A stretch of 64,000 bases of DNA, from contig PPNB01000022.1 of NCBI GenBank assembly GCA_003707115.1, positions 62,001-126,000 of the forward strand, given 5' to 3'. Made by a program: the position numbers and the translations under genes. Source of the DNA: Tortispora ganteri. Taxonomy: Eukaryota. The notes beneath the pieces were generated by a model, which was not told the origin of the DNA, did not search any database, and worked only from the letters and a program-made list of their open reading frames with translations. Positions 29,827 through 39,664 of this stretch are shown piece after piece. Position 1 is the stretch's first letter. The number at the start of each line of letters is the position of its first letter.

Positions 29827-31573
29827 TGTGTGAATTATAAAGAAAGGAGAACAATATAGAATGTGAGGTCGTGTTAGTTTAACGGTTGAGAATAGCGCGG
29901 GGTCTTAGAAAATTTAGATCAGTGCGGCTCTATTTTAGGTGCCGTCAAGAAAATAATCTAGTACTAGACTATATTAAACCTTTAAGAATTGGTCGAGAGC
30001 GGTATGTGATGTTAGAGAAGTAGAAACTTCACTTAAAGCCCGCGATACAATGAATAGCTGGCGTCCGATCAATGCAAATGCGAATATAATAATTGAGAAG
30101 AAGCAAAGACAAAGCCAAGGAGAATCCTTCCGCACTTAATTAATTGTTTAAGTTGCTGTAAGGCAGCCAAAAAGAGAATGTTATATATATTTGGCACTTG
30201 TATTTTTTCCCTTTTTAGGTTGGTTTACCTTGAGTTGATCAACCTTAAAAATAGATTTAACGTTTGTTAGCAGCCAATGCACGGTGTCTTACCGTACTTA
30301 AAGTACTTCGACGTTACACTCTGCAAGTATAAGCTTTGTGAGGCACAATTTTGACGAATTAAAATGGACAACTATAAAACAAGGTGTCAGGCTAAAGCGA
30401 GACGTTTCTTAAGCACTCTCATTTTAGAAGATTTCGTCATTTGGAAAAGAACAGTCATCATCCGTGTTCGCGGCGAAATGATCAACTTCATGCTCATTCC
30501 CACGGCGATAAACGCCTTGCCTAGCTTTGAGAGTATGTAACATGATAGAACTTGAAGGGTAACCTTAACAAGTTGATGCCGTGTATGAGAACAATAATAC
30601 CTAGCATGCTGGCCAGGCAGGAGGAAGGTTTAGCAATTAAAACGACTTCAGAGATTGCGACATTGGGGTCGGCAGACAGTTGACAACGGCACAAAGACTA
30701 TATGTGAAGCTATCAAACGGCCAATGGTTAAGCACAGATGCACGACTTCTCCTAGGGCTAGAAGAATTCGAACAAAAATGATGTGATCTTCCGTCGAGCC
30801 CTGTTCGGCATACCCTGCGGCACTGAAAGCGGGCCTGCATTGTGCGGTAGAAATTGGATCATCAGCGGGTGAGTTTAATAGAGCACTACATGTTGCCACG
30901 CCATTTGATGCGGCCAGAGAAAAGATCCAGATCTTGGCGTTCTGGAATGAGGTGATTGCACGCTCTAGATGGCTGCAAATCTCAAAAATGAAACCAGAAC
31001 TAATGAAACTTGGCATTAGCTAATTACGAATGTTATATTTTCTTGTGGAAGTATAAACCCCCCGCCACCCCTTTGACTGCAGATCATTGACGAAACCAAG
31101 GAAACCGTTGTTATCGCCAATTAAAAATCAAAAGCGTGCAAATAATACTAATTTAGAAAGAAACTGCAATTTAGAATCTACAGGAGAACGGTATATGCTC
31201 GTGTAGAGTTTACCTGTTGATTTGCACGGCTGACAGTCGTAGACAATTGTCGAGCGAGTATCAGGTTATAAAAGTCGTCATTTATACCAGGTATAGTCAA
31301 TAGTCATGAATGACTGTACCATTTATATTGTATTGCCAAACTCTCTCTAAATCACCCGCTATTAACTCTGAAAGACGCAATTATAATTGTGATGGTAGCA
31401 TAAAAGACATTGACTAGCCTGATGGAAGAGTGCACGTTGTTGGGGAGAAGAGTGATTAAGCCATAGCAACGGTAATGCCAAGCCGCATAAAACTCCCCAC
31501 ATGGTGGAAAACAGGGTACGAACCAAGACATTACAAAAGGACCTAGAATACACGAACACAATTTTTGACGCTA

Positions 31574-34468
31574 ATGGAGTCGCTGGAAGTGCATCCACGA
31601 AGCTTTGTCATTAAATGGGTGTCGATTCCAAAGGGCTGTACGCTTTACTATTCGATAGCACCTAAAAAGAAATCAATTAATTTCGGTATCTTCTCAAAGA
31701 ATCCCTCGACCGCGAGCGTGCCATATGAACAACACTACGTTAACCTAATAGATGATCCATCCTCTATAAACATTCACCGCAAAAGTGTTGTCTCTTCGCG
31801 TCACAATTCTTCGGTTTCAAGTGATGAATCGCTTTCAGTTCTTTCAGACACGCTGTCCATGTCTGGTCTCTTCCCGGTTCAATGGAAAGGACGGATTCCA
31901 GGCAACGACACCGTCGAAGGCTCTTTCTGCCCTGATTCGACATGCAATTCGCTCGAATTTGCCCTAGTCTTCGACAATCTTTTTTCCAAAACTACATCAA
32001 AGTCCATTCGCTTTTCAAAATCCCTCTCAGCCCCCAGCTCTATCTTCCCCCTTACCTCGTCTACTGCAGATAACTCTGCTATCCGCCACGGGACTCTCCT
32101 AAAACACAAGAGACGCAGAGGACAGGGTTTCGCGAAACGCCAATTTTTACTCGATCGTCGAACAGGCGTGCTTTCTTACTTTCTTAATTTGTCTTCTGTC
32201 TTGCGTGGCTCAATCCAATTGCATGACGCCGCCATCTCCGCCAAGAAGGCCACGCGCGAATTCTTCATAGACTCTGGCTCCGAAGTTTGGCACTTAAAGG
32301 CGCTCACTGATGATTCATGGCAATCCTGGTTTGATGAATTCAGTTTGATTAAGGCGATTCCCCCAGCATCGTTTACTCCAACATTGACCCATCCTGACCT
32401 ACCTGCCTCCTCTGCGTCTCGAATTTCTCATATACTCACCAACGCTGCCTCCTCCTGGGCTCAGGTCGACGCGCTCTCTGACCGTATAGAAAGACTGGTC
32501 GGCTCTCTTGCGTCAGCTGTTTCGGAACGGTCTGTTGAACCTAGCATGCAAAGAAGGTCTTCTTTTCTGCGACTCCGTCGTCGTACCAACGATGATTTAG
32601 GAACCGCATCCGTGACTAACTCTGCTTCATCTTTCACTCCTGCCTCTAACTCCTCACGATCTTCATTAAATGAAGAGTCAGACATCTTACTTTCAGCTTC
32701 TTCAGAGTTAAACCATATAGCGTCTCTGCTCAGGTCAATATCGTCTCTGAACAAATCCTCCATAGAGCATGCACAGTCAGACATTTCCCTGTCAATTGAT
32801 AATGGACGTCTAAAGACTCCAGAACCTTTGTCTCCTATTATATCAAGCCTCCGCAGAGCTTTCAGTATCTCCTCTGGCGAATCGGTTTACGCAGATGCAA
32901 TGGAAACATTATCACCTCCACCCCCTAGCCAGAGGATAGCCGCTACGCAAGCACAGAACTACGAACCAGAAGCCGATTTACACGATCAAGGCCAAGTGGT
33001 ACTACTCCCCGATCACGACGATGATTATAACGAGTCATCTGAAGGTGTGGACTCCTACAACGATATGTCTGAAACTGAAGAAAGTACAAGCTCTGTCAGT
33101 GACTTACCAACAACAGATGAGATGGTATCTCATGCTGCCAGTACGGCAGACCCCGAAGAGCACCCTGAGATTAGAGATTTATCTCCGCTTCCATGGAAAT
33201 CGCCTGTTAAACGAAGGACTAACGTCCCATATTGCGATATAGCACCTATTAGCTTGTTTGCGTTCCTAAGAAAAAATGTGGGAAAAGATGTTACGTCTAT
33301 CGCTATGCCTGTTTCGTCAAATGAACCTATTGGGTTATTGCAACGTTATTCTGAGGCTATGGAGTACTGTCACTTACTGGACGAAGCTGCAGCCGTGAGC
33401 AATAAAAACGGTGAACAGATTTTTCTAGTGGCTGCATTCGCTATATCTACGGGCTCTAACAACAGGGAGAGAGTGAGAGCCAATCGGAAACCTTACAATC
33501 CTTTGCTTGGTGAAACGTTCGAACTTGTCAGAGAAGACATGGGATTCCGGCTCATCGCTGAGAAAATATCGCATCGCCCACCCGTTATGGCCACATACTC
33601 AGAGTCGCAGAATTGGACCTTTCAACAAGCGCAGCGTCCCGACCAAAAATTTTGGGGTAAGAGCGTGGAAGTAATGACTGGAGGCACTGTTATTTTGAAT
33701 ATACATGGCCCTGATGGTAACACAATGTATAAATGGAATATGCCGACCAATATGTTGAGAAACTTGGTTGCTGGAGAGAAATACTTAGAGCCGCAAGGCA
33801 GTTTTAGTATTCATGGTTCGGACGGTAGCTCTGTTGTGATTCAGTTTAAGTCAGGAGGAATGTTTAGTGGAAGAACAGAGCGAGTTATGGCTACAGGTTC
33901 AGATAGGAAACGTCATGCATATAATCTCACGCTTACCGGCAGTTGGGTTGAAGATTTAGAATTGGCTACAGTTGACGGAAAGCCCATTAAAGATCTGATT
34001 TGCATAAATTATCCACAGGATAATGATTCTGAGAAATTAAGAGAGTTGCGAACAGTGAAAAGCAAGCTTAAGAATGAGAGTCGATTTGAAGTTTGGCATG
34101 TGGGTAATATTGTTGAAGACCCTGTTCACCACTACGGGTTTACTGAGTTTGCAGCACAATTAAACGAGATAACTGAGATTGAAGACGGTCATATGGCGCC
34201 TACCGATTCACGACTGCGACCTGATCAGAGATTGTGGGAGCAAGGAGACGTCGATGCTGCGCAGAAGTGGAAAGACAAAGTCGAAGAGAAACAACGCGAG
34301 CGACGTAAACTGTACCCTGAAGGCCAGGGTACGTTCATGAGCAAATGGTTTGAGAAAACTAACATGGAATGGGTGAGCAATGAGGCTCTGTTTACGCCTA
34401 AACGAGGTAAAGACAGCTACTGGGCGACAAGAGAGAGGCAGGCATGGGAACCGTGTGAGCTTTGGTGA
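31574..34468 (+). CDS. OSH3: Oxysterol-binding protein Osh3 (GOLD, PH and ORD domains)
   Basis: MESLEVHPRSFVIKWV, FDNLFSKT (GOLD); GTLLK..RR.GQGFAKR (PH); KPYNPLLGETFE, EKISHRPP, PTDSRLRPDQ (ORD). Confidence 0.93.
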   Translation: MESLEVHPRSFVIKWVSIPKGCTLYYSIAPKKKSINFGIFSKNPSTASVPYEQHYVNLIDDPSSINIHRKSVVSSRHNSSVSSDESLSVLSDTLSMSGLFPVQWKGRIPGNDTVEGSFCPDSTCNSLEFALVFDNLFSKTTSKSIRFSKSLSAPSSIFPLTSSTADNSAIRHGTLLKHKRRRGQGFAKRQFLLDRRTGVLSYFLNLSSVLRGSIQLHDAAISAKKATREFFIDSGSEVWHLKALTDDSWQSWFDEFSLIKAIPPASFTPTLTHPDLPASSASRISHILTNAASSWAQVDALSDRIERLVGSLASAVSERSVEPSMQRRSSFLRLRRRTNDDLGTASVTNSASSFTPASNSSRSSLNEESDILLSASSELNHIASLLRSISSLNKSSIEHAQSDISLSIDNGRLKTPEPLSPIISSLRRAFSISSGESVYADAMETLSPPPPSQRIAATQAQNYEPEADLHDQGQVVLLPDHDDDYNESSEGVDSYNDMSETEESTSSVSDLPTTDEMVSHAASTADPEEHPEIRDLSPLPWKSPVKRRTNVPYCDIAPISLFAFLRKNVGKDVTSIAMPVSSNEPIGLLQRYSEAMEYCHLLDEAAAVSNKNGEQIFLVAAFAISTGSNNRERVRANRKPYNPLLGETFELVREDMGFRLIAEKISHRPPVMATYSESQNWTFQQAQRPDQKFWGKSVEVMTGGTVILNIHGPDGNTMYKWNMPTNMLRNLVAGEKYLEPQGSFSIHGSDGSSVVIQFKSGGMFSGRTERVMATGSDRKRHAYNLTLTGSWVEDLELATVDGKPIKDLICINYPQDNDSEKLRELRTVKSKLKNESRFEVWHVGNIVEDPVHHYGFTEFAAQLNEITEIEDGHMAPTDSRLRPDQRLWEQGDVDAAQKWKDKVEEKQRERRKLYPEGQGTFMSKWFEKTNMEWVSNEALFTPKRGKDSYWATRERQAWEPCELW

Positions 34469-34570
34469 AGTGTGCGTGTGCAAAAAAAAAAAAGAAAAAA
34501 AAAGCCCGAAAAAGAAAAAACCTAGATGAACAAGGAATACTTATGAATGATATGATATATTGCATAGAGA

Positions 34571-35176
34571 TCAGAATAGAGAAGTGACCGTGTCCGTAGA
34601 GATGTAGGACAACGATTTAACGAACGGCTGGACAGAATCATAAAGATCAGTTAGGTCCTTGGGGAGCAAGACCGAGTCAAACTCGGGACCCAAATGCCGG
34701 ATTACATGAGTCATTCCTTCGTAAGAATCACATGGTATGATTTGAGAGAGAGAATGAACAAGTGGGCTGTATAGTCGGAACATGTCCGGAGTGGCTGAGC
34801 CGGATGAATCGATTGAGGCAGAGGCGGATCCAGGTTCGGGCGTTGATTCAGGTTTGACCGATTTGAAGATAATTACGAGATTTTTATCTCTAATTACGTT
34901 ATCCAGTAAAATGTCTAGATCACCTGAATCGTTGGCCGTAGAATTCACCACAACTATTGCCTTCTTCTTCAAGCTAGAGGCCCATTTTGATTTTGATCTC
35001 GGTTTCGGTTTTGGCTTATCTAAGTCTGATGGAGGCTGTTGGTCGCCACTTTTAGATGTCCACAGCTTATAGCCAGAGTAAGCAAGAGCTACTATGCTAG
35101 TAGCAACTACAGCCGCTCCTATGACCGCGCCAATTCCTGCGACCTTCAAATTGCGGCGGTGTCGAGCTCGATTCAT
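34571..35176 (-). CDS. PEX22: Peroxin Pex22-like membrane anchor of Pex4
   Basis: Basic N-terminus plus one TM; IIPCDSYEGMTHVIRHLG and V.PFVK resemble S. cerevisiae Pex22 IIYCDSMDGLWSCVRRLG and IGRFVK (recalled). Confidence 0.7.
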   Translation of the reverse strand: MNRARHRRNLKVAGIGAVIGAAVVATSIVALAYSGYKLWTSKSGDQQPPSDLDKPKPKPRSKSKWASSLKKKAIVVVNSTANDSGDLDILLDNVIRDKNLVIIFKSVKPESTPEPGSASASIDSSGSATPDMFRLYSPLVHSLSQIIPCDSYEGMTHVIRHLGPEFDSVLLPKDLTDLYDSVQPFVKSLSYISTDTVTSLF

Positions 35177-35328
35177 GTTTGAAAAGTTGCAACAAGTGGT
35201 GAAAGAGGAGGGCTAGAGTAATTGCCGTATTTGGATAAAAATCAGAAATAAGGTTTGGCATGTGAAGATCGCACAGCATATACAACGCGGTACATGTAGG
35301 AGAATTGCAGCTAGAACAACGTACAAAT

Positions 35329-36066
35329 ATGTCTGTATCTAGTTCTGAATGGCGGCGCAGGCAGATATTAAAGACATTTCCGTTTCTTGTAGGCGTTGGG
35401 AGGCGTATTGTATTCAGAGACGGCACATCGGTGGCGCTAGTTGAGCGGAAGGAGTTAGAACACCGGCAGAGGAACGCGACTGTGCGCATAGAGATGTGTC
35501 TTGCAACTATTGACTTGGTAATTTACTGCTCAGAACTTATACAGGCAATTGCAAATGTTCCAAGAGAGAATTTGTACAGCGTCGGAGACTTTGTGTGTGG
35601 AATGAACAGTTCGGGAGCGATCCAGCGCGCCCGAACTAAGAAAGAATCGGAGGCATTGACAGATGTCTTTTCCCTTGTAGTTTGCATGAGTTCGCGAGGT
35701 CAGATTGCTCCGGGGTACGTTGTTGGCGGCAAAAAGCACAAGAACTCGTATAGTAGTCTAGAGAAAGACTGTATGCGCGGTGGGGTGTCTATTGACGGAC
35801 TTCTAGACCGAAAGAATGTTATCTGCTGGTATAAGAAGGTGTTTTGTTTGCATACAAACCAGTATGCAGATAAAACAAAGGATATCGTGTTGATTGTGGG
35901 CGCTGTGGGCTGCGATGATAGTTTCGAGAGTATCCTGAAAGGACATGTGAGCCTGAAGAACGTGAAGATAATCGAGGCCCCGCCCGGCTATGCCTACTTC
36001 ACGCCACTAGAGCACTATATATTCAGAAGAATGGGTCGACACTTAAACAGCAGCTCTATGAGCTAA
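35329..36066 (+). CDS. pogo/Fot1/CENP-B-like DDE_1 transposase-derived protein, catalytically degenerate
   Basis: Colinear DDE_1 blocks: PRENLYSVGD, LVVCMSSRGQIAPGYVV, SIDGLLD..VICWYKKVFCLHT, IVLIVG, NVKIIEAPPG..FTPLE..IF; uninterrupted 245-aa ORF; no TIRs seen. Confidence 0.65.
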   Translation: MSVSSSEWRRRQILKTFPFLVGVGRRIVFRDGTSVALVERKELEHRQRNATVRIEMCLATIDLVIYCSELIQAIANVPRENLYSVGDFVCGMNSSGAIQRARTKKESEALTDVFSLVVCMSSRGQIAPGYVVGGKKHKNSYSSLEKDCMRGGVSIDGLLDRKNVICWYKKVFCLHTNQYADKTKDIVLIVGAVGCDDSFESILKGHVSLKNVKIIEAPPGYAYFTPLEHYIFRRMGRHLNSSSMS

Positions 36067-36167
36067 GTAGCCTGAGTCATGAAGATTTCTTTACAAAAGT
36101 CCTGCCTTTTACATGATCTGTGGTTTAGGTTTGACATTTAGGAAAACGACATAACTATAGAGAAACG

Positions 36168-36854
36168 ATGTGCGGCGGTCATGGATTACATGCTAAAATT
36201 GCGCCATCGATTTTATCGAGCGATTTTGCCAACTTGGAGCGCGACTGTAAACATATAATTGCGTCAGGTGCAGATTGGTTGCACATTGATATAATGGACG
36301 GTCATTTTGTGCCTAACATAACTATGGGCGCGCCTATAGTGCAATGTTTGCGGAAAGCTATTCCGAAAGGTGAAACGTTTTTTGATTGTCACATTATGGT
36401 GTCTAATCCGAAACAGTGGGTTGACGATTTTGCCAAAGCGGGCGCTGATCAGTACACGTTCCACGTTGAAGCTACCGAGAACCCTTCGGAGCTCGTAGAT
36501 TATATCAAATCGAAGGGTATGCGTGCGGCGTGTGCGATCAAACCAAAAACTCCCGCTTCAGCTGTTTACAAGTTTGCCGAAAAGCTCGATATGATTTTAG
36601 TGATGACTGTAGAGCCTGGATTTGGTGGCCAGAAGTTCATGCCCGAGTGTATGCCGAAAGTCAAAGAACTGCGCCAGAAGTTTCCGGATGTCGACATACA
36701 GGTAGATGGCGGGCTCGCCCCCGATACAGTGGATATGGCCACTACTGCTGGTGCGAACGTCATTGTCGCAGGTACCTCTGTGTTCAAAGCACCAGATGCA
36801 AAGGAAGCCATCGATACTCTACGTAGTTCGGTTACCAAGAACATCCTTGAATAG
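36168..36854 (+). CDS. RPE1: Ribulose-5-phosphate 3-epimerase
   Basis: [48 protein letters not shown]. Confidence 0.96.
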   Translation: MCGGHGLHAKIAPSILSSDFANLERDCKHIIASGADWLHIDIMDGHFVPNITMGAPIVQCLRKAIPKGETFFDCHIMVSNPKQWVDDFAKAGADQYTFHVEATENPSELVDYIKSKGMRAACAIKPKTPASAVYKFAEKLDMILVMTVEPGFGGQKFMPECMPKVKELRQKFPDVDIQVDGGLAPDTVDMATTAGANVIVAGTSVFKAPDAKEAIDTLRSSVTKNILE

Positions 36855-36905
36855 TCATTACTGTTACTGTACCTGTGTTGCGATGCTTATTGCGATTTAT
36901 TCATG

Positions 36906-37301
36906 CTAGTCTTTAGCTCGTCCCAGTGCGTAGCCTGCAGAAAAAGACAGGCTGGCGATAATGGCGATCCCGGCCATGTAGGAGAGTCTTGCGTAGGTAT
37001 CATTACTAGTTGCCGCCAGCCTTCTGTTTCGTGCACTGCGTATTCGTCGTCGTCTGCGAAGTCGCATACGTGCATCTTCGTCATCTAGCTTTGTTGATGG
37101 TGACCGCGATCCTGTAGATGCTCTTGATAAGCTTCCTGATGAGTTTGACCGGTTGTTTGCCCGCTCATTGTTGATCCGTCGTATAATTGATTCAAACGAC
37201 GCCTTCAAGTCAGCGTTGTCACCCTCTACATCTTTCATATTGTACGTGCTATCGCTCGAATATTCTGATCCATCGTTTAGATCGATCCACGACCCTTCCA
37301 T
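36906..37301 (-). CDS. Small tail-anchored protein with N-terminal SWIDL motif
   Basis: 131-aa ATG ORF; Ser-rich body, Arg cluster, C-terminal TM YMAGIAIIASLSFSAGYALG and short basic tail. Confidence 0.7.
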   Translation of the reverse strand: MEGSWIDLNDGSEYSSDSTYNMKDVEGDNADLKASFESIIRRINNERANNRSNSSGSLSRASTGSRSPSTKLDDEDARMRLRRRRRIRSARNRRLAATSNDTYARLSYMAGIAIIASLSFSAGYALGRAKD

Positions 37302-37546
37302 TGCAGCTACTGTTCTTCTCAAACTGCGGTGGTGATCTGCTAGCAGTAGATTCTGGTATCGTTGATGTCCGGATACAAGCTAACCTTGAAATCGCGAACC
37401 TTATTGACCAAAGTCCCAATACTCAGCCAATCATGTGCACCGGTAAACTCTGCTGCCCGTTATCTCCGAGTACCGTGTCTTATTTCTTTTACGGGCACAT
37501 TCAGCCAAACAAAACAACAAGGATTCGGCATCTTACCGCGCGCCTA

Positions 37547-39664
37547 ATGGATACTACCACCAGTGCGCGTTTTCGACGCCGAAACCGCATCCCTTCCGCA
37601 TGTCGCTTGTGCCGTATGCGCAAGCTTAAATGCGATAAAGCACGTCCCGCGTGCGGTACCTGTAAGGCTGCCAACGCTGAATCGGCATGTGTGTACGAAA
37701 GGCAGCCATGGGAACTGGATTTAGGTGAAATCAAAGATCTCATAGCAGAAAATCAAAGACTTAGAAAACTTCTCAGCGATTCTGGTCAAACAACAGAGTT
37801 TAATGGCCAGCAACCTGCGTCTGGCTCTGCTAATGGTGTGGTTCTACGATCTCCAGGCATTTTCGCTATCAAGAACTCACGCGTGCTTTATCTAGGTATC
37901 ACCAGTTGCAAGGGCCTTATATATTATGACAGATTCATTCAAAAACCAGTTAACAGGGCATTTGGGTCCTTTAAGACATCGCTACTAGACTTTCTTGACC
38001 CAGATGAGTCCACTGGCAATTTCCCTGACTCAGCTGTTCGCTACTTCAAGTCTCATTTGCCTTCCCCGCTTCATCTCATGGGCTCTGCATCCTCACATGA
38101 TGTCCTCAACAGTATAATCAGGTGTTTTCCCACTTCCACGGTGTCTAATATGCTTATAGACCGTTTCTTTATCGCCGTGTACCCTTTAATCCCTCTGCTC
38201 GACGAGATATCTTTCAGAAGACGCGCGTCCGCGACCCTCGAGATCGTATCTTCATTCAGCTCTGCTGCAAAACGCCTCCATTCAAATGATTTTGGATTTG
38301 TTGCGCTGTATTTTCTTGTCCTCAGACTTGGTAGGCTATCTCTACCCTTCGATTGGACGCCGGAAATGGGCGTAGGCACCAACACTCTTCCGCATACCTA
38401 CAGTAATATAAAAGCTACCGCGGTAGGACTCGGTACCGAATACTTGTTTGCGGCCAGATGCTGCTTGTCTGCTTACGACTTTTTGCGCAAGTCTGAGATC
38501 ACCACTGTTCAATGTCTCCTACTTCTTTGGTTCGACATGCGCGCTTCACCAGAAGAAGGTGACGGTGCAGACGGCTCAGATGGCGCCGTCATATTTGGTC
38601 TCGCAGTAGAAATATCGAGATCAATCGGTATTGATCAGGAGCCTGCTCCGCAGTTCAAGATTTCTCCAAACGTCATATACCTTTGGAGGAAGATCTTTTA
38701 CTATATGTACTATTACGATTCAGTACTGGCGCTCAATCTGGGTCGTCAGCCATGCTTCACACCGGGAACATACTCTGTAATTTTACCTGATCCTGATCCT
38801 GCGAACGTCCCGGTGTCGTTCAAAGACAGCAGGCTGCGTCAGGAACTCGAAATTCTCAAGTTCATGAATGTCCAATATTCGGCTACCGCAATCAAGCGAC
38901 AGGCTATCCAAGATTTGCTAAGAATTGACGTACGGCCTAGCCGCGAACAACTTTGGGCACATTATCAAAATACTGCTAGGTTTATTGATTCTGAACTCAT
39001 ACCGGAACTTAAAAATGCCATAGAAGACAAGTCCGCGTCAAGCGATGCATGCTATTCGCGGCTCAGTACGCTCTATTCGAACATTCTATCCGTGCAAGCT
39101 GCTATATTTCATATCTTACTGCTTTCTTTTGATGATGTGGAGCCAGATAAGTGTCTAGAAGACTATATGTTCAACGACTGTATACATATAGGTTCAATTA
39201 CCGCGACGAAAACGCTCGAATACGTATCCACTATGTTTGCACGCAAATCTATGCACGTTTGGTTGCTTGTTCCAATCCATACGCATAATATTATGCACGC
39301 GCTATTTCTGTCTTCATCTCTGCTGCTTCGCGCGTGTGCAGAGTGGGTAATCAGTTTCAACGAATCTGAATCTCTGAATCGACTAGTTTCCGCGTGGGAT
39401 CACACTATGGGTGATTTCAGAATCTACAGCCAGCATTATTATGCAATATACCGACTGTATGAGCCTATGAACAACCTCCTGTCTGAGATCAAGGGTTTGC
39501 TAAATCCAGTGAAATCAAACACACCACTAGAACCACCTCTGGCGCCCAGCGAAGTTCTAGGCGGTTCAGATGATATTCTGTCTAACCCGGATATATTAAA
39601 TCCAGAGTATCCGCAATTTATTGAGTCGAATGACCTCGACTGGCTGCTAAATTTCGAGTTCTAA
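37547..39664 (+). CDS. Zn(II)2Cys6 transcription factor with fungal middle homology region (Oaf1/Hap1/Mrr1-like)
   Basis: RRRNRIPSACRLCRMRKLKCDKARPACGTC...CVY; GDGADG; LWRKIF; acidic C-terminus. Alternative in-frame ATG at 37433. Confidence 0.92.
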   Translation: MDTTTSARFRRRNRIPSACRLCRMRKLKCDKARPACGTCKAANAESACVYERQPWELDLGEIKDLIAENQRLRKLLSDSGQTTEFNGQQPASGSANGVVLRSPGIFAIKNSRVLYLGITSCKGLIYYDRFIQKPVNRAFGSFKTSLLDFLDPDESTGNFPDSAVRYFKSHLPSPLHLMGSASSHDVLNSIIRCFPTSTVSNMLIDRFFIAVYPLIPLLDEISFRRRASATLEIVSSFSSAAKRLHSNDFGFVALYFLVLRLGRLSLPFDWTPEMGVGTNTLPHTYSNIKATAVGLGTEYLFAARCCLSAYDFLRKSEITTVQCLLLLWFDMRASPEEGDGADGSDGAVIFGLAVEISRSIGIDQEPAPQFKISPNVIYLWRKIFYYMYYYDSVLALNLGRQPCFTPGTYSVILPDPDPANVPVSFKDSRLRQELEILKFMNVQYSATAIKRQAIQDLLRIDVRPSREQLWAHYQNTARFIDSELIPELKNAIEDKSASSDACYSRLSTLYSNILSVQAAIFHILLLSFDDVEPDKCLEDYMFNDCIHIGSITATKTLEYVSTMFARKSMHVWLLVPIHTHNIMHALFLSSSLLLRACAEWVISFNESESLNRLVSAWDHTMGDFRIYSQHYYAIYRLYEPMNNLLSEIKGLLNPVKSNTPLEPPLAPSEVLGGSDDILSNPDILNPEYPQFIESNDLDWLLNFEF

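Noticed and set aside
36073..36079. TGAGTCA Gcn4/AP-1-like site upstream of RPE1
   Set aside because: A single 7-mer is expected by chance several times in 64 kb, and there is no supporting context
37187..37546. 120-codon in-frame extension of the zinc-cluster gene
   Set aside because: TTG start overlapping the divergent gene; zinc clusters normally sit near the N-terminus
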